A stretch of DNA of 64,000 nt from Salinivirgaceae bacterium. Lineage in GTDB: Bacteria > Bacteroidota > Bacteroidia > Bacteroidales > SZUA-534. How positions within the stretch are numbered: the stretch's first letter is position 1; each line of letters starts with the position of its first letter. A program made the position numbers and the translations under genes. Positions 10,661-18,176 of the stretch are shown in pieces. Location: NCBI GenBank assembly GCA_017557605.1, contig JAFYYJ010000044.1, positions 19,655 to 83,654 of the forward strand, written 5' to 3'. The notes under the pieces are model-generated. The model was not told where the DNA came from. It saw only the letters and a program-made list of their open reading frames with translations, and did not search any database.

Positions 10661-10691
10661 GTGGGAGCGAGTAACAGAATCCCACGTTTTT
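10661..10691 (+). terminator. Terminator-like hairpin inside the 5' leader of the LRR gene
   Basis: Stem GTGGGA/TCCCAC with a 13-nt loop, followed by 'gtttttc'. It lies 75 nt upstream of the ATG at 10766. Confidence 0.45.
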
Positions 10692-10765
10692 CATTAATAG
10701 ACATACCGCAATTGGGGAGTCGGCGGACAAAGGTTGCGCACGACACGGATGCAGTGTATAAAACA

Positions 10766-12763
10766 ATGAAGCGGGTTTTAGCAGTTTTGTTTGCTACAAT
10801 GCTTGTTGGGCAAGCGTGGGCTACAAAGAATTACGACTTCAAATCAGAAATGTTGTATTATAAAATTGTAGACCAAAGTACTGTACAATTAGTTGGTAGT
10901 GATACTTATAAAAAACTTGTTTCGGTTATTATCCCAGAAACAGTAACATATAAAAAGAAAAACTACACGGTTGTTAGAATTGATGACAATGCGTTTTCTA
11001 ATTGTAGAGTATTAGAATATGTCTCTATTCCCGTTTCGGTAATAAGCATTGGTGGCAATGCTTTTGAGGGATGTGCGAAATTGAAAAAAGCCGAATTCGC
11101 CAGTGTTGAGAGCTTGTGTCAAATCAAGTTTACTGACACCAAAATGGAGGAGACAAAACAGAAACAGTATCAAGGCAGAGTGTATGAAACAATTAAATCT
11201 ACAAAAAACATTAATAGTAATCCTTTATTTTATGCGCATCACTTGTATATAAATGGCAAGGAGATAACAGATTTGATTATTCCCAAAGGTGTTACAAATA
11301 TTAGCAATAGAGCTTTTTGTGGTTGTAGTAGTATAACATCTGTAATTATTCCCGAATCGGTTATAAGTATTGGAAACTATGCGTTCGAAGGTTGCACCAA
11401 TTTAGTGTCAGTAACTATTCCTAATTCAGTTAAAAGCATTGGATTCTCTGCATTCGCAGATTGCACAAATCTAATGTCCGTTACTATTCCTAATACTGTC
11501 ACGGAAATATGTCCAATGACATTCCGTAAATGTTCAAAATTAGAATCTGTATCAATTCCTAATTCTGTTTTAAAAATTGGGCATTCAGCGTTTTACGGTT
11601 GTGAGAATTTAGTTGATGTAAACATACCCAATTCTGTTAAAGAAATAGAATATTCAGCATTTGGCCGATGCAAAATTCAAACATTAGATATTCCTTCTTC
11701 CGTTGAAAAAATAGGTGACAAAGCATTTATATCGTGCCTTAATTTAACACAAGTAAAAATCCCTGAATCAGTAAAAGCTATTGAGGAAGACGCGTTTTCT
11801 AACTGCCCTAATCTAAAAATTGTTTATTGCCAAGCAAAAGTCAAGCCTGAAGGTTGGGATACTTATTGGATTGCAGATAAACAATTGAGTAAAAGTTTTT
11901 CTCGTAACGAGATTATAAAATGGGGAAATGATGGAAACGCAACCGCTAATAAAGAGAAACAAAAAAACGCCGAAACACCATCAACGGTTAATAAGGAGAA
12001 TGAGGTGGAAAATCTATTTCAGGCGTGGGTGGATGTCCCTGCAGAGCGATACTATGATTTTTCTGCGGTATGCAGCAGTGGGCAGACGTTATATTTTAAA
12101 TATATGTTTAACCCGAAAACGGTGCGAATATGTAGGCCAATGTGGTATCCCAATTTAGTAGGTGAATACAAGACGTATGGTAATTGCGAAAAGCCAAAAG
12201 GAAATTTGATAATTCCTGAAACTGTAACCTATGAAGGGAAAACGTACATTGTAACTGAAATTAGTGCTGGTGTGTTTTATAATAGCAAAGGACTCACATC
12301 AGTAACTATACCTAATTCTATAAATAGCATCGGTTCTGATGCATTTGCTGGTTGTGATAATTTGACTTCAGTAACCATTAATAGTGAAGCACAAATCAAT
12401 GATGCTGGCATATATCTAAAAAAAGGTCAGTTGTGGTATTATGTGCTTGACAAAAGTACTGTTTCGGTTGTTTCTGATGGCAATCAAAACTATGCGGGTG
12501 ACATTGTAATACCATCAAAAATAACAGCAGGCAACACATTTTCTGTAATAGGCATTGGAGGATATGCATTTGCGGAATGCATTGATTTGAAATCAGTAAC
12601 CATTCCAAATACAATTAAAACCATTGGAGAGAACGCATTTAGAAGTTGTATTCATCTAACGGCAATATATTGTCAGGCAAAATCGGAACCATTTGGATGG
12701 AATGCAAATTGGAATCCTAATAAATATAAAGTGGTTTGGGGAGCAATTGATAAATTCAAATGA
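10766..12763 (+). CDS. BspA-type leucine-rich repeat surface protein
   Basis: The start was moved to 'MKRVLAVLFATMLVGQAWA' (signal peptide). There are many ~23-25-aa repeats of the form 'IPxSVxxIGxxAFxxCxxLxSV'. Confidence 0.8.
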   Translation: MKRVLAVLFATMLVGQAWATKNYDFKSEMLYYKIVDQSTVQLVGSDTYKKLVSVIIPETVTYKKKNYTVVRIDDNAFSNCRVLEYVSIPVSVISIGGNAFEGCAKLKKAEFASVESLCQIKFTDTKMEETKQKQYQGRVYETIKSTKNINSNPLFYAHHLYINGKEITDLIIPKGVTNISNRAFCGCSSITSVIIPESVISIGNYAFEGCTNLVSVTIPNSVKSIGFSAFADCTNLMSVTIPNTVTEICPMTFRKCSKLESVSIPNSVLKIGHSAFYGCENLVDVNIPNSVKEIEYSAFGRCKIQTLDIPSSVEKIGDKAFISCLNLTQVKIPESVKAIEEDAFSNCPNLKIVYCQAKVKPEGWDTYWIADKQLSKSFSRNEIIKWGNDGNATANKEKQKNAETPSTVNKENEVENLFQAWVDVPAERYYDFSAVCSSGQTLYFKYMFNPKTVRICRPMWYPNLVGEYKTYGNCEKPKGNLIIPETVTYEGKTYIVTEISAGVFYNSKGLTSVTIPNSINSIGSDAFAGCDNLTSVTINSEAQINDAGIYLKKGQLWYYVLDKSTVSVVSDGNQNYAGDIVIPSKITAGNTFSVIGIGGYAFAECIDLKSVTIPNTIKTIGENAFRSCIHLTAIYCQAKSEPFGWNANWNPNKYKVVWGAIDKFK

Positions 12764-12835
12764 TTATGATTGTATTGGTCATAAATATTTTAAAATAAAA
12801 GAGTTATCAAAACAATCTCTAAATAGATAACAGTG

Positions 12836-12868
12836 GGGTTGTTTCGTAAGACAACCCTGCTTTTTTTT
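12836..12868 (+). terminator. Rho-independent terminator of the LRR gene
   Basis: Stem GGGTTGT/ACAACCC followed by T8 ('ctgctttttttt'). Confidence 0.75.
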
Positions 12869-12932
12869 ATTTCAAATGAGACAATAACAAACTATCATTT
12901 TGACACTGCATAACGCGGAAATGCAAGAATGT

Positions 12933-12988
12933 TTTTTATCCATTATAAAAGATAAAATCGCTAATTTTTATCCATTATAAAAGATAAA
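12933..12988 (+). repeat. Perfect 24-bp direct repeat (two copies, 32-nt period)
   Basis: The sequence 'tttttatccattataaaagataaa' occurs at 12933-12956 and 12965-12988. This is about 125 nt upstream of pssA, at the edge of the AT-rich islet. Confidence 0.9.
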
Positions 12989-13112
12989 TTCTACTGCAAC
13001 TTGCTGCGCGCTGTAGTTTGCGCCACCATTTATCTCATTTCCCTATCGCCTTTCGCGTCACCCTCAACCAAAAAATATGCTACATTTGCACCTGTTTTTA
13101 AAACGCTGAACA

Positions 13113-13865
13113 ATGGCACAGAACAAAGTTATTTCGTGCATTCCAAACACCATAACACTGATGAACGCCTTATCGGGTTGTTTGTCAATAGTTTTCGCCT
13201 TTACTGGTAATCTTACATTAGCCGGATTGTTCATCCTGATAGCCGCAGTGTTCGACTTCTTCGACGGTATGGCGGCCCGTCTGCTTCACGTTTCATCGGC
13301 CATAGGCAAAGAACTCGACTCGCTTGCCGACGATATCAGTTTTGGCGTGGCTCCTTCGGCTATCGCCTTTATGCTTGTCAGCCAGCGGCTTAACCCCGAC
13401 GGCGCTAACATTGCCGACCTTCCGCTTGGCACAATGTTGCTCTGCCTGTTGCCGTTTGTAATGGCGGCTTTCTCGGCTCTGCGTCTTGCCAAATTCAACC
13501 TTGATGAGCGCCAGACTGACAAATTCATCGGCGTACCTACTCCGGCCAACGCTATGCTGTGGGCGTCGCTGCCATTCATCGCCAAATACAATGCCGACGG
13601 ATTTTTCGCGCACTATGTGATAACCGCCGAGGTGATGCTGCCGTTGTGTGTTGTGATGTCGCTGTTGCTGGTGTGCGAACTGCCACTTATCTCGCTGAAA
13701 TTCAAGACCTGGGATTTCGGCAGCAACAAAGCCCGTTACATCTTCATCGCTATCTGCGCCGTGCTGATTGCCACAATGCAGGTTGCCGCCATTCCCGCAA
13801 TATTGGCGGTTTATGTTGTTGTTTCGTTGTTCTGTATGAAGGAGAACGATGACGAAAAACGATAA
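13113..13865 (+). CDS. pssA: CDP-diacylglycerol--serine O-phosphatidyltransferase (CDP-alcohol phosphatidyltransferase family)
   Basis: Signature 'DFFDGMAARLLHVSSAIGKELDSLADDISFG' (DGx2ARx8Gx3Dx3D) in a multi-TM protein. Confidence 0.85.
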   Translation: MAQNKVISCIPNTITLMNALSGCLSIVFAFTGNLTLAGLFILIAAVFDFFDGMAARLLHVSSAIGKELDSLADDISFGVAPSAIAFMLVSQRLNPDGANIADLPLGTMLLCLLPFVMAAFSALRLAKFNLDERQTDKFIGVPTPANAMLWASLPFIAKYNADGFFAHYVITAEVMLPLCVVMSLLLVCELPLISLKFKTWDFGSNKARYIFIAICAVLIATMQVAAIPAILAVYVVVSLFCMKENDDEKR

Positions 13866-13950
13866 CAGAAAACGATGACGATAACACTGACGCTGACACT
13901 AACTAAAACTGAAAACTTAAACGTAAAACACTGACGCTAATGCTGACGTG
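13866..13950 (+). repeat. ACGATAAC word-repeat element, copy 3 (mini-ORF 13875..13934)
   Basis: The sequence is 'aacgatgacgataacactgacgctgacactaactaaaactgaaaacttaaacgtaaaacactga'. The mini-ORF reads MTITLTLTLTKTENLNVKH and begins 9 nt after the pssA stop. Confidence 0.7.
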
Positions 13951-13963
13951 ATTTATTCTTTTC

Positions 13964-13990
13964 GGACGTGGCAATGCCGCATCCCTACAT
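13964..13990 (+). repeat. GGACG..CGTCC-type hairpin followed by CCCTACAT (family copy)
   Basis: Arms 'ggacgtggc' and 'gccgcatcc' with a 3-nt loop, followed by 'ctacat'. It lies between the convergent pssA and kinase genes. Confidence 0.6.
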
Positions 13991-14099
13991 CGTAATTCGT
14001 AATTCAAAATTCGTAATTATCAACTCCTACATCCTAACTCCTAAATATCTTATGCCTTTTGCCTTATCACTTATCACTTGTAACTTCAAAAACTTATAA

Positions 14100-14723
14100 C
14101 TAAACATACGTCACTCCGGCAGGGAATTGCTGTTGCAGAATAATCTCCTTCATTTTCTCGTAATCAGCCTGATTATGAACAAAATCCATTTCAGTAGTGT
14201 TTATCACGACAATCGGGAACTTTAAGGCTGTCTTGAAATAGTTTAGATAGCTGTTCTGAACCTTGCTAAGGTATTCGGGGTCGATATTCTGCTCATACTC
14301 GCGCCCTCGCGCCTTGATATTACGCATCACCCGCTCAACCGACGAGTGCAGATAAACATAAAGCGAAGGCATAGGGATGTGCTGCCAGATGATGTCGAAA
14401 AGCTGACGGTAGAGACTGAACTCATCGTCCTCAAGAGTTATTCGGGCAAAAATCAGCGATTTGACAAAATAATAGTCGGCAATTGTAAGTGTCTGAAACA
14501 AATCGGTTTGCGCGATTTTATCGTTCAGCTGGCGATAACGCTCGGCCAAAAACGACAACTCGAGCGGAAAACTGTACTTGGCGGGATTGCTGTAAAACTT
14601 AGGCAGAAACGGATTGTCGGCATACTGCTCAAGCACCACGCGCGCACCCGTGTCGGCGGCAAGCATATTCACCAACGTTGACTTGCCGGCGCCTATATTT
14701 CCTTCAATTACAATATATTGCAT
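14100..14723 (-). CDS. Deoxynucleoside kinase
   Basis: P-loop 'IEGNIGAGKSTL' with dNK-family motifs 'LEQYADNPFLPKFY' and 'FLAERYRQ'. The start was set to the ATG at MQYIVIEG. Confidence 0.85.
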   Translation of the reverse strand: MQYIVIEGNIGAGKSTLVNMLAADTGARVVLEQYADNPFLPKFYSNPAKYSFPLELSFLAERYRQLNDKIAQTDLFQTLTIADYYFVKSLIFARITLEDDEFSLYRQLFDIIWQHIPMPSLYVYLHSSVERVMRNIKARGREYEQNIDPEYLSKVQNSYLNYFKTALKFPIVVINTTEMDFVHNQADYEKMKEIILQQQFPAGVTYV

Positions 14724-14835
14724 CCGTATCAGTTTTCGTAAATTGACATCAACAAAATAGATTTTATCGGCTTTGAGCGCATCGGCTTTCGGCATATTTT
14801 TTCCACAATTTAACTACATTTGAAAAAAATTACCA

Positions 14836-15402
14836 ATGAACGAGGATTTGAACAAAGCATTGGAAGTTCTGCGCGCCGGAGGTGTCATTCTGTACCCCAC
14901 CGACACCATTTGGGGCCTTGGCTGCGACGCCACCAACGCCGAAGCGGTGCGGCGCATCTACAGCATCAAACAGCGCGCCGACAACAAGTCGCTGATAGTG
15001 CTTGTCGATTCGGCTGCACGCATTGATTCATATGTGCAGAACGCACCGGAAGTGGCTTTCAGCCTTATAGAACTTGCTACATCGCCGCTGACCGTGATTT
15101 TTGAAGGGGCGAAAAACCTTGCCGACAATGTCATCAACGCCGAAGACCAGAGCGTAGGCATCCGCGTTGCCACCGACGACTTCTGCCCCACGCTCATCCA
15201 ACGGTTCCGCAAACCGATAGTCTCAACTTCGGCCAACATAAGCGGACAGCCGGCTCCGGCATGTTTCAGCGAGATTGACCAGCGCATAATCGACAGCGTC
15301 GACTATGTTGTGCGGCACCGGCAAGACGACAACTCGAAGCACAAGGCATCGGGAATTGTAAAGATTGGACGGAACGGCGAGGTGAAGGTGATAAGGGAAT
15401 AA
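14836..15402 (+). CDS. tsaC: L-threonylcarbamoyladenylate synthase (YrdC/TsaC family)
   Basis: Motifs 'ILYPTDTIWGLGCDATN' and 'KPIVSTSANISGQP' in a 188-aa ORF. Confidence 0.85.
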   Translation: MNEDLNKALEVLRAGGVILYPTDTIWGLGCDATNAEAVRRIYSIKQRADNKSLIVLVDSAARIDSYVQNAPEVAFSLIELATSPLTVIFEGAKNLADNVINAEDQSVGIRVATDDFCPTLIQRFRKPIVSTSANISGQPAPACFSEIDQRIIDSVDYVVRHRQDDNSKHKASGIVKIGRNGEVKVIRE

Positions 15403-15480
15403 AACTAGGACGATAACTGTAACGAAGACGATAACACTGACGATAACGAAAACAGAAAACTTAAACGTAAAACACTGATA
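15403..15480 (+). repeat. ACGATAAC word-repeat element, copy 4
   Basis: The sequence is 'acgataactgtaacgaagacgataacactgacgataacgaaaacagaaaacttaaacgtaaaacactga'. It shares the 30-nt tail 'gaaaacttaaacgtaaaacactga' with copy 3. There is no ATG in the Thr frame. Confidence 0.7.
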
Positions 15481-15482
15481 AT

Positions 15483-15504
15483 GACGCAAGCGTTGCGTCC
15501 CTAC
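15483..15504 (+). repeat. GACG..CGTC hairpin followed by CCCTAC (family copy; likely tsaC terminator region)
   Basis: Stem 'gacgcaa'/'ttgcgtc' with loop 'gcg', then 'cctac'. It overlaps the first codons of the track ORF, so the downstream CDS start was moved. Confidence 0.55.
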
Positions 15505-15516
15505 TTAAAACAAAAA

Positions 15517-16596
15517 ATGCGATTCGGTTCGGTTTTGATATTGCTTTTTTTGATTGCGGCTAAGGCGGCCGGACAGTCGCTTGGCGCTTTCACCGACTAC
15601 GACAAGCATTTCATCATTTTCGATGACGGCAACTTCCGCGATGTTGAGTTTCAGGAGGTGCGCTCATTTGCAATGGGCAGCGGCTGCGTGGCTTATGTCG
15701 ATAACTGGGGCTCGCTAAAGGCCTACGCCAACCATATCAGCTACGATGTGTCGCCGTCGGTTTCGGCCTACACTATGACCGACAATCTTTTCACCTTTCA
15801 GGTGGGCTCGCAACTTTATGTTTTTGAGAAGGGCGACAAACGACTGCTGTCGGCTTATACAGGCCGTTTTATGGTTGGTGACAGCATTGTGGCGTTCATT
15901 GACACCAACAAGCATTATTTCTGCGTCTACACCGGCGGCCACGTCTGGATTCTAGCCGATGTGATTGTGGAGGACGGCGCCCGATTCTGGCTTGGCGACA
16001 ACACTGTGGCTTATATCGACATACACAACATTCTGCGCCTTGTGTGCGGTATGCGCCAATACGAGTTGTTCAATGTTATAGACGACATTGAAGTTGGCTT
16101 GGGGCGCAACGTGGCGGCTTTTGTTGACAAGTCCGACGGAATTTTCAAGATTTTTTACGACGGCGAACTGCGCGACATTGAACAGTTTCCTCCAAAATCG
16201 TTCAAATGCGGATACGAGTGTGTGGCTTTTGTGAACGATGTTGAGAATTTCCGACTATTCAGCAACGGCGAGGTTTATGACATTGCCGGTTTCCAACCCG
16301 ACAATTACGAACTGCACCGCAATCTATTGGTTTACAGCCTGAACGAACAATTTTTCATTTTTAGCAACGGCGAGTCACACTTGGTGGAGAACTACATTCC
16401 GCAAAGCTACAGCATCAACGGCAACTTGCTTACCTACATTGACCAGAACGGCTATCTGTGCGTCTTCGAAAATGGCGAGAAGGTTGTGCTGTCGTACAAT
16501 GCCAACGAATACCAATCAGTTGGCGACCTTGTTATTTACAACGAAGGGCTGAACACCACCAAGATTTATTATCAAGGGAAGACTTATAAGAAGTAA
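15517..16596 (+). CDS. Secreted repeat protein of unknown function (beta-propeller-like ~40-aa repeats)
   Basis: Signal peptide 'MRFGSVLILLFLIAAKAAGQ'. There are about 8 repeats with recurring 'VA(Y/F)(I/V)D' strands. I recognise no family. Confidence 0.6.
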   Translation: MRFGSVLILLFLIAAKAAGQSLGAFTDYDKHFIIFDDGNFRDVEFQEVRSFAMGSGCVAYVDNWGSLKAYANHISYDVSPSVSAYTMTDNLFTFQVGSQLYVFEKGDKRLLSAYTGRFMVGDSIVAFIDTNKHYFCVYTGGHVWILADVIVEDGARFWLGDNTVAYIDIHNILRLVCGMRQYELFNVIDDIEVGLGRNVAAFVDKSDGIFKIFYDGELRDIEQFPPKSFKCGYECVAFVNDVENFRLFSNGEVYDIAGFQPDNYELHRNLLVYSLNEQFFIFSNGESHLVENYIPQSYSINGNLLTYIDQNGYLCVFENGEKVVLSYNANEYQSVGDLVIYNEGLNTTKIYYQGKTYKK

Positions 16597-16672
16597 TTCC
16601 CTGAGTGACAAGTGAAAAGTTACAAGTTATAAGGCTTTAGTTCCTTACTCTCTTAGCCCTAATCTCTAAACA

Positions 16673-17320
16673 CTAACCTTTCAGCTTCCGAACTGCCTCG
16701 GCAGGATTTGGGGCGCCGAAAACAGTGCTTCCAGCAACCATTAAGGTTACTCCGGCGGCAGCCAGCTTGGAAGCATTTTCGAAATTGACACCACCGTCAA
16801 CCTCAACAATAGGATTCACTCCGGCATCGGCCATAATCTTCTGAAGACGGGCAAGTTTTGCATATGAGTGCTCAATGAATTTTTGTCCGCCATAACCCGG
16901 ATTGACAGTCATAATAAGCACCAAATCAACATCTTGAATTATATCAGCAAGCACCTCAACAGGCGTATGCGGATTGAGCGCCACACCAGCTTTAGCACCC
17001 TTCTCCTTTATGTGGGCAATGGTACGGTGCAGGTGTGTGCAGGCCTCGTAATGGACAGTCAGAATTGAAGCGCCGGCATCGCAGAAACGGTCGATGTACT
17101 GGTCGGGGTTGACAATCATAAGATGCACATCGAGAGGCTTTTGCGCATATTTCTTAATCGATTTCAAAACCGGGAAACCCATTGAGATGTTCGGCACAAA
17201 AACACCGTCCATAATGTCAACGTGCAAATAATCGGCATCACTACTGTTTATTTTCTGAATGTCGGCTGCCAAGTTACCGAAATCGGCTGCCAACAACGAG
17301 GGTGCTACTTTTACGTCCAT
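16673..17320 (-). CDS. rpe: Ribulose-phosphate 3-epimerase
   Basis: Motifs 'APSLLAADFGNL', 'HVDIMDGVFVPN', 'VNPGYGGQKF' and 'VDGGV'. Confidence 0.95.
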   Translation of the reverse strand: MDVKVAPSLLAADFGNLAADIQKINSSDADYLHVDIMDGVFVPNISMGFPVLKSIKKYAQKPLDVHLMIVNPDQYIDRFCDAGASILTVHYEACTHLHRTIAHIKEKGAKAGVALNPHTPVEVLADIIQDVDLVLIMTVNPGYGGQKFIEHSYAKLARLQKIMADAGVNPIVEVDGGVNFENASKLAAAGVTLMVAGSTVFGAPNPAEAVRKLKG

Positions 17321-17383
17321 TGCTATAACATTTGCGGCAAAGCTAATAATTAAAGTTGAGAAGTTTAGAGGGATAAGGTTAGA

Positions 17384-18076
17384 TTAAATCAACCCTGCGT
17401 TACAGAAACTGTAGTAGCGTTTGTCGGCGACTATTATGTGGTCCATAAGGTTAATGTCGAAGAATTTGGCGGCCTCCTTTATCTTAGCTGTCAGCTGCTT
17501 ATCCTCGTTGCTCGGAGTGCTTGAACCCGAGGGGTGATTATGAACCAGCACAATGGAACTTGCAAGTTTCTCAAGAGCCAGCTTCATTATCATCCGCACA
17601 TCGGCAATTGTTGCATTGAGGCCTCCGCTGCCCACACGTTGTTTGTCAATCAGACGGTTGGCGCGGTTGAGCATCAACACCCAGAACTCCTCGTGCGGCA
17701 AATCGCCCAAAATGGGATGCATTATTTCAAAAATATCGTCAGGGCCTCCTATCTTATCATTTTCAATCTTCGATTCCTTACGGCGGCGGCCCAGTTCAAG
17801 AGCGGCCACTATGCTTATAGCCTTAGCCTCGCCTATGCCGTTTATTTTTGTAAGGTCGGCAACGGTTTGCTTGCCCAAGCGGTTCAGATTGCCGCCAGCT
17901 GACTGCAACACACTGCGCGCCAAATCAATAGCTGATAGATTCTTAGTTCCGGTTGATATCAATATCGCCAACAGCTCGGCGTCGCTCAGCGTGCGGACAC
18001 CATGCGCCAGCAGCTTCTCGCGCGGACGGTCGTCAGCAGCCCACTGCTTGATTGACAGATATTTGTTCTCGTCCAT
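17384..18076 (-). CDS. radC: RadC-family JAB/MPN domain protein
   Basis: JAMM motif 'LVHNHPSGSSTPSNED' with an N-terminal HhH region 'LSDAELLAILISTGT'. Confidence 0.9.
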   Translation of the reverse strand: MDENKYLSIKQWAADDRPREKLLAHGVRTLSDAELLAILISTGTKNLSAIDLARSVLQSAGGNLNRLGKQTVADLTKINGIGEAKAISIVAALELGRRRKESKIENDKIGGPDDIFEIMHPILGDLPHEEFWVLMLNRANRLIDKQRVGSGGLNATIADVRMIMKLALEKLASSIVLVHNHPSGSSTPSNEDKQLTAKIKEAAKFFDINLMDHIIVADKRYYSFCNAGLI

Positions 18077-18121
18077 GACAGACTGATTGACTAACTGATT
18101 AATTGACTAATTGATTGATTG

Positions 18122-18160
18122 AAAAATCAAAAAACGCAGGGACGTGGCACGCCACATCCC
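18122..18160 (-). terminator. Rho-independent terminator of the S46 peptidase gene (also a member of the GGACG hairpin family)
   Basis: 10-bp stem 'gggacgtggc'/'gccacatccc', with a G:U pair on the minus strand, followed on the minus strand by 'ttttttgattttt'. Confidence 0.7.
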
Positions 18161-18176
18161 TACATTGGTCTTATCA

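Noticed and set aside
10505-10765. N-terminal extension of the LRR ORF in the six-frame track (MNGLSEK...)
   Set aside because: It opens at a non-ATG codon and precedes an obvious signal peptide at the ATG at 10766. It also contains a terminator-like hairpin, so I interpreted it as leader RNA rather than coding sequence.
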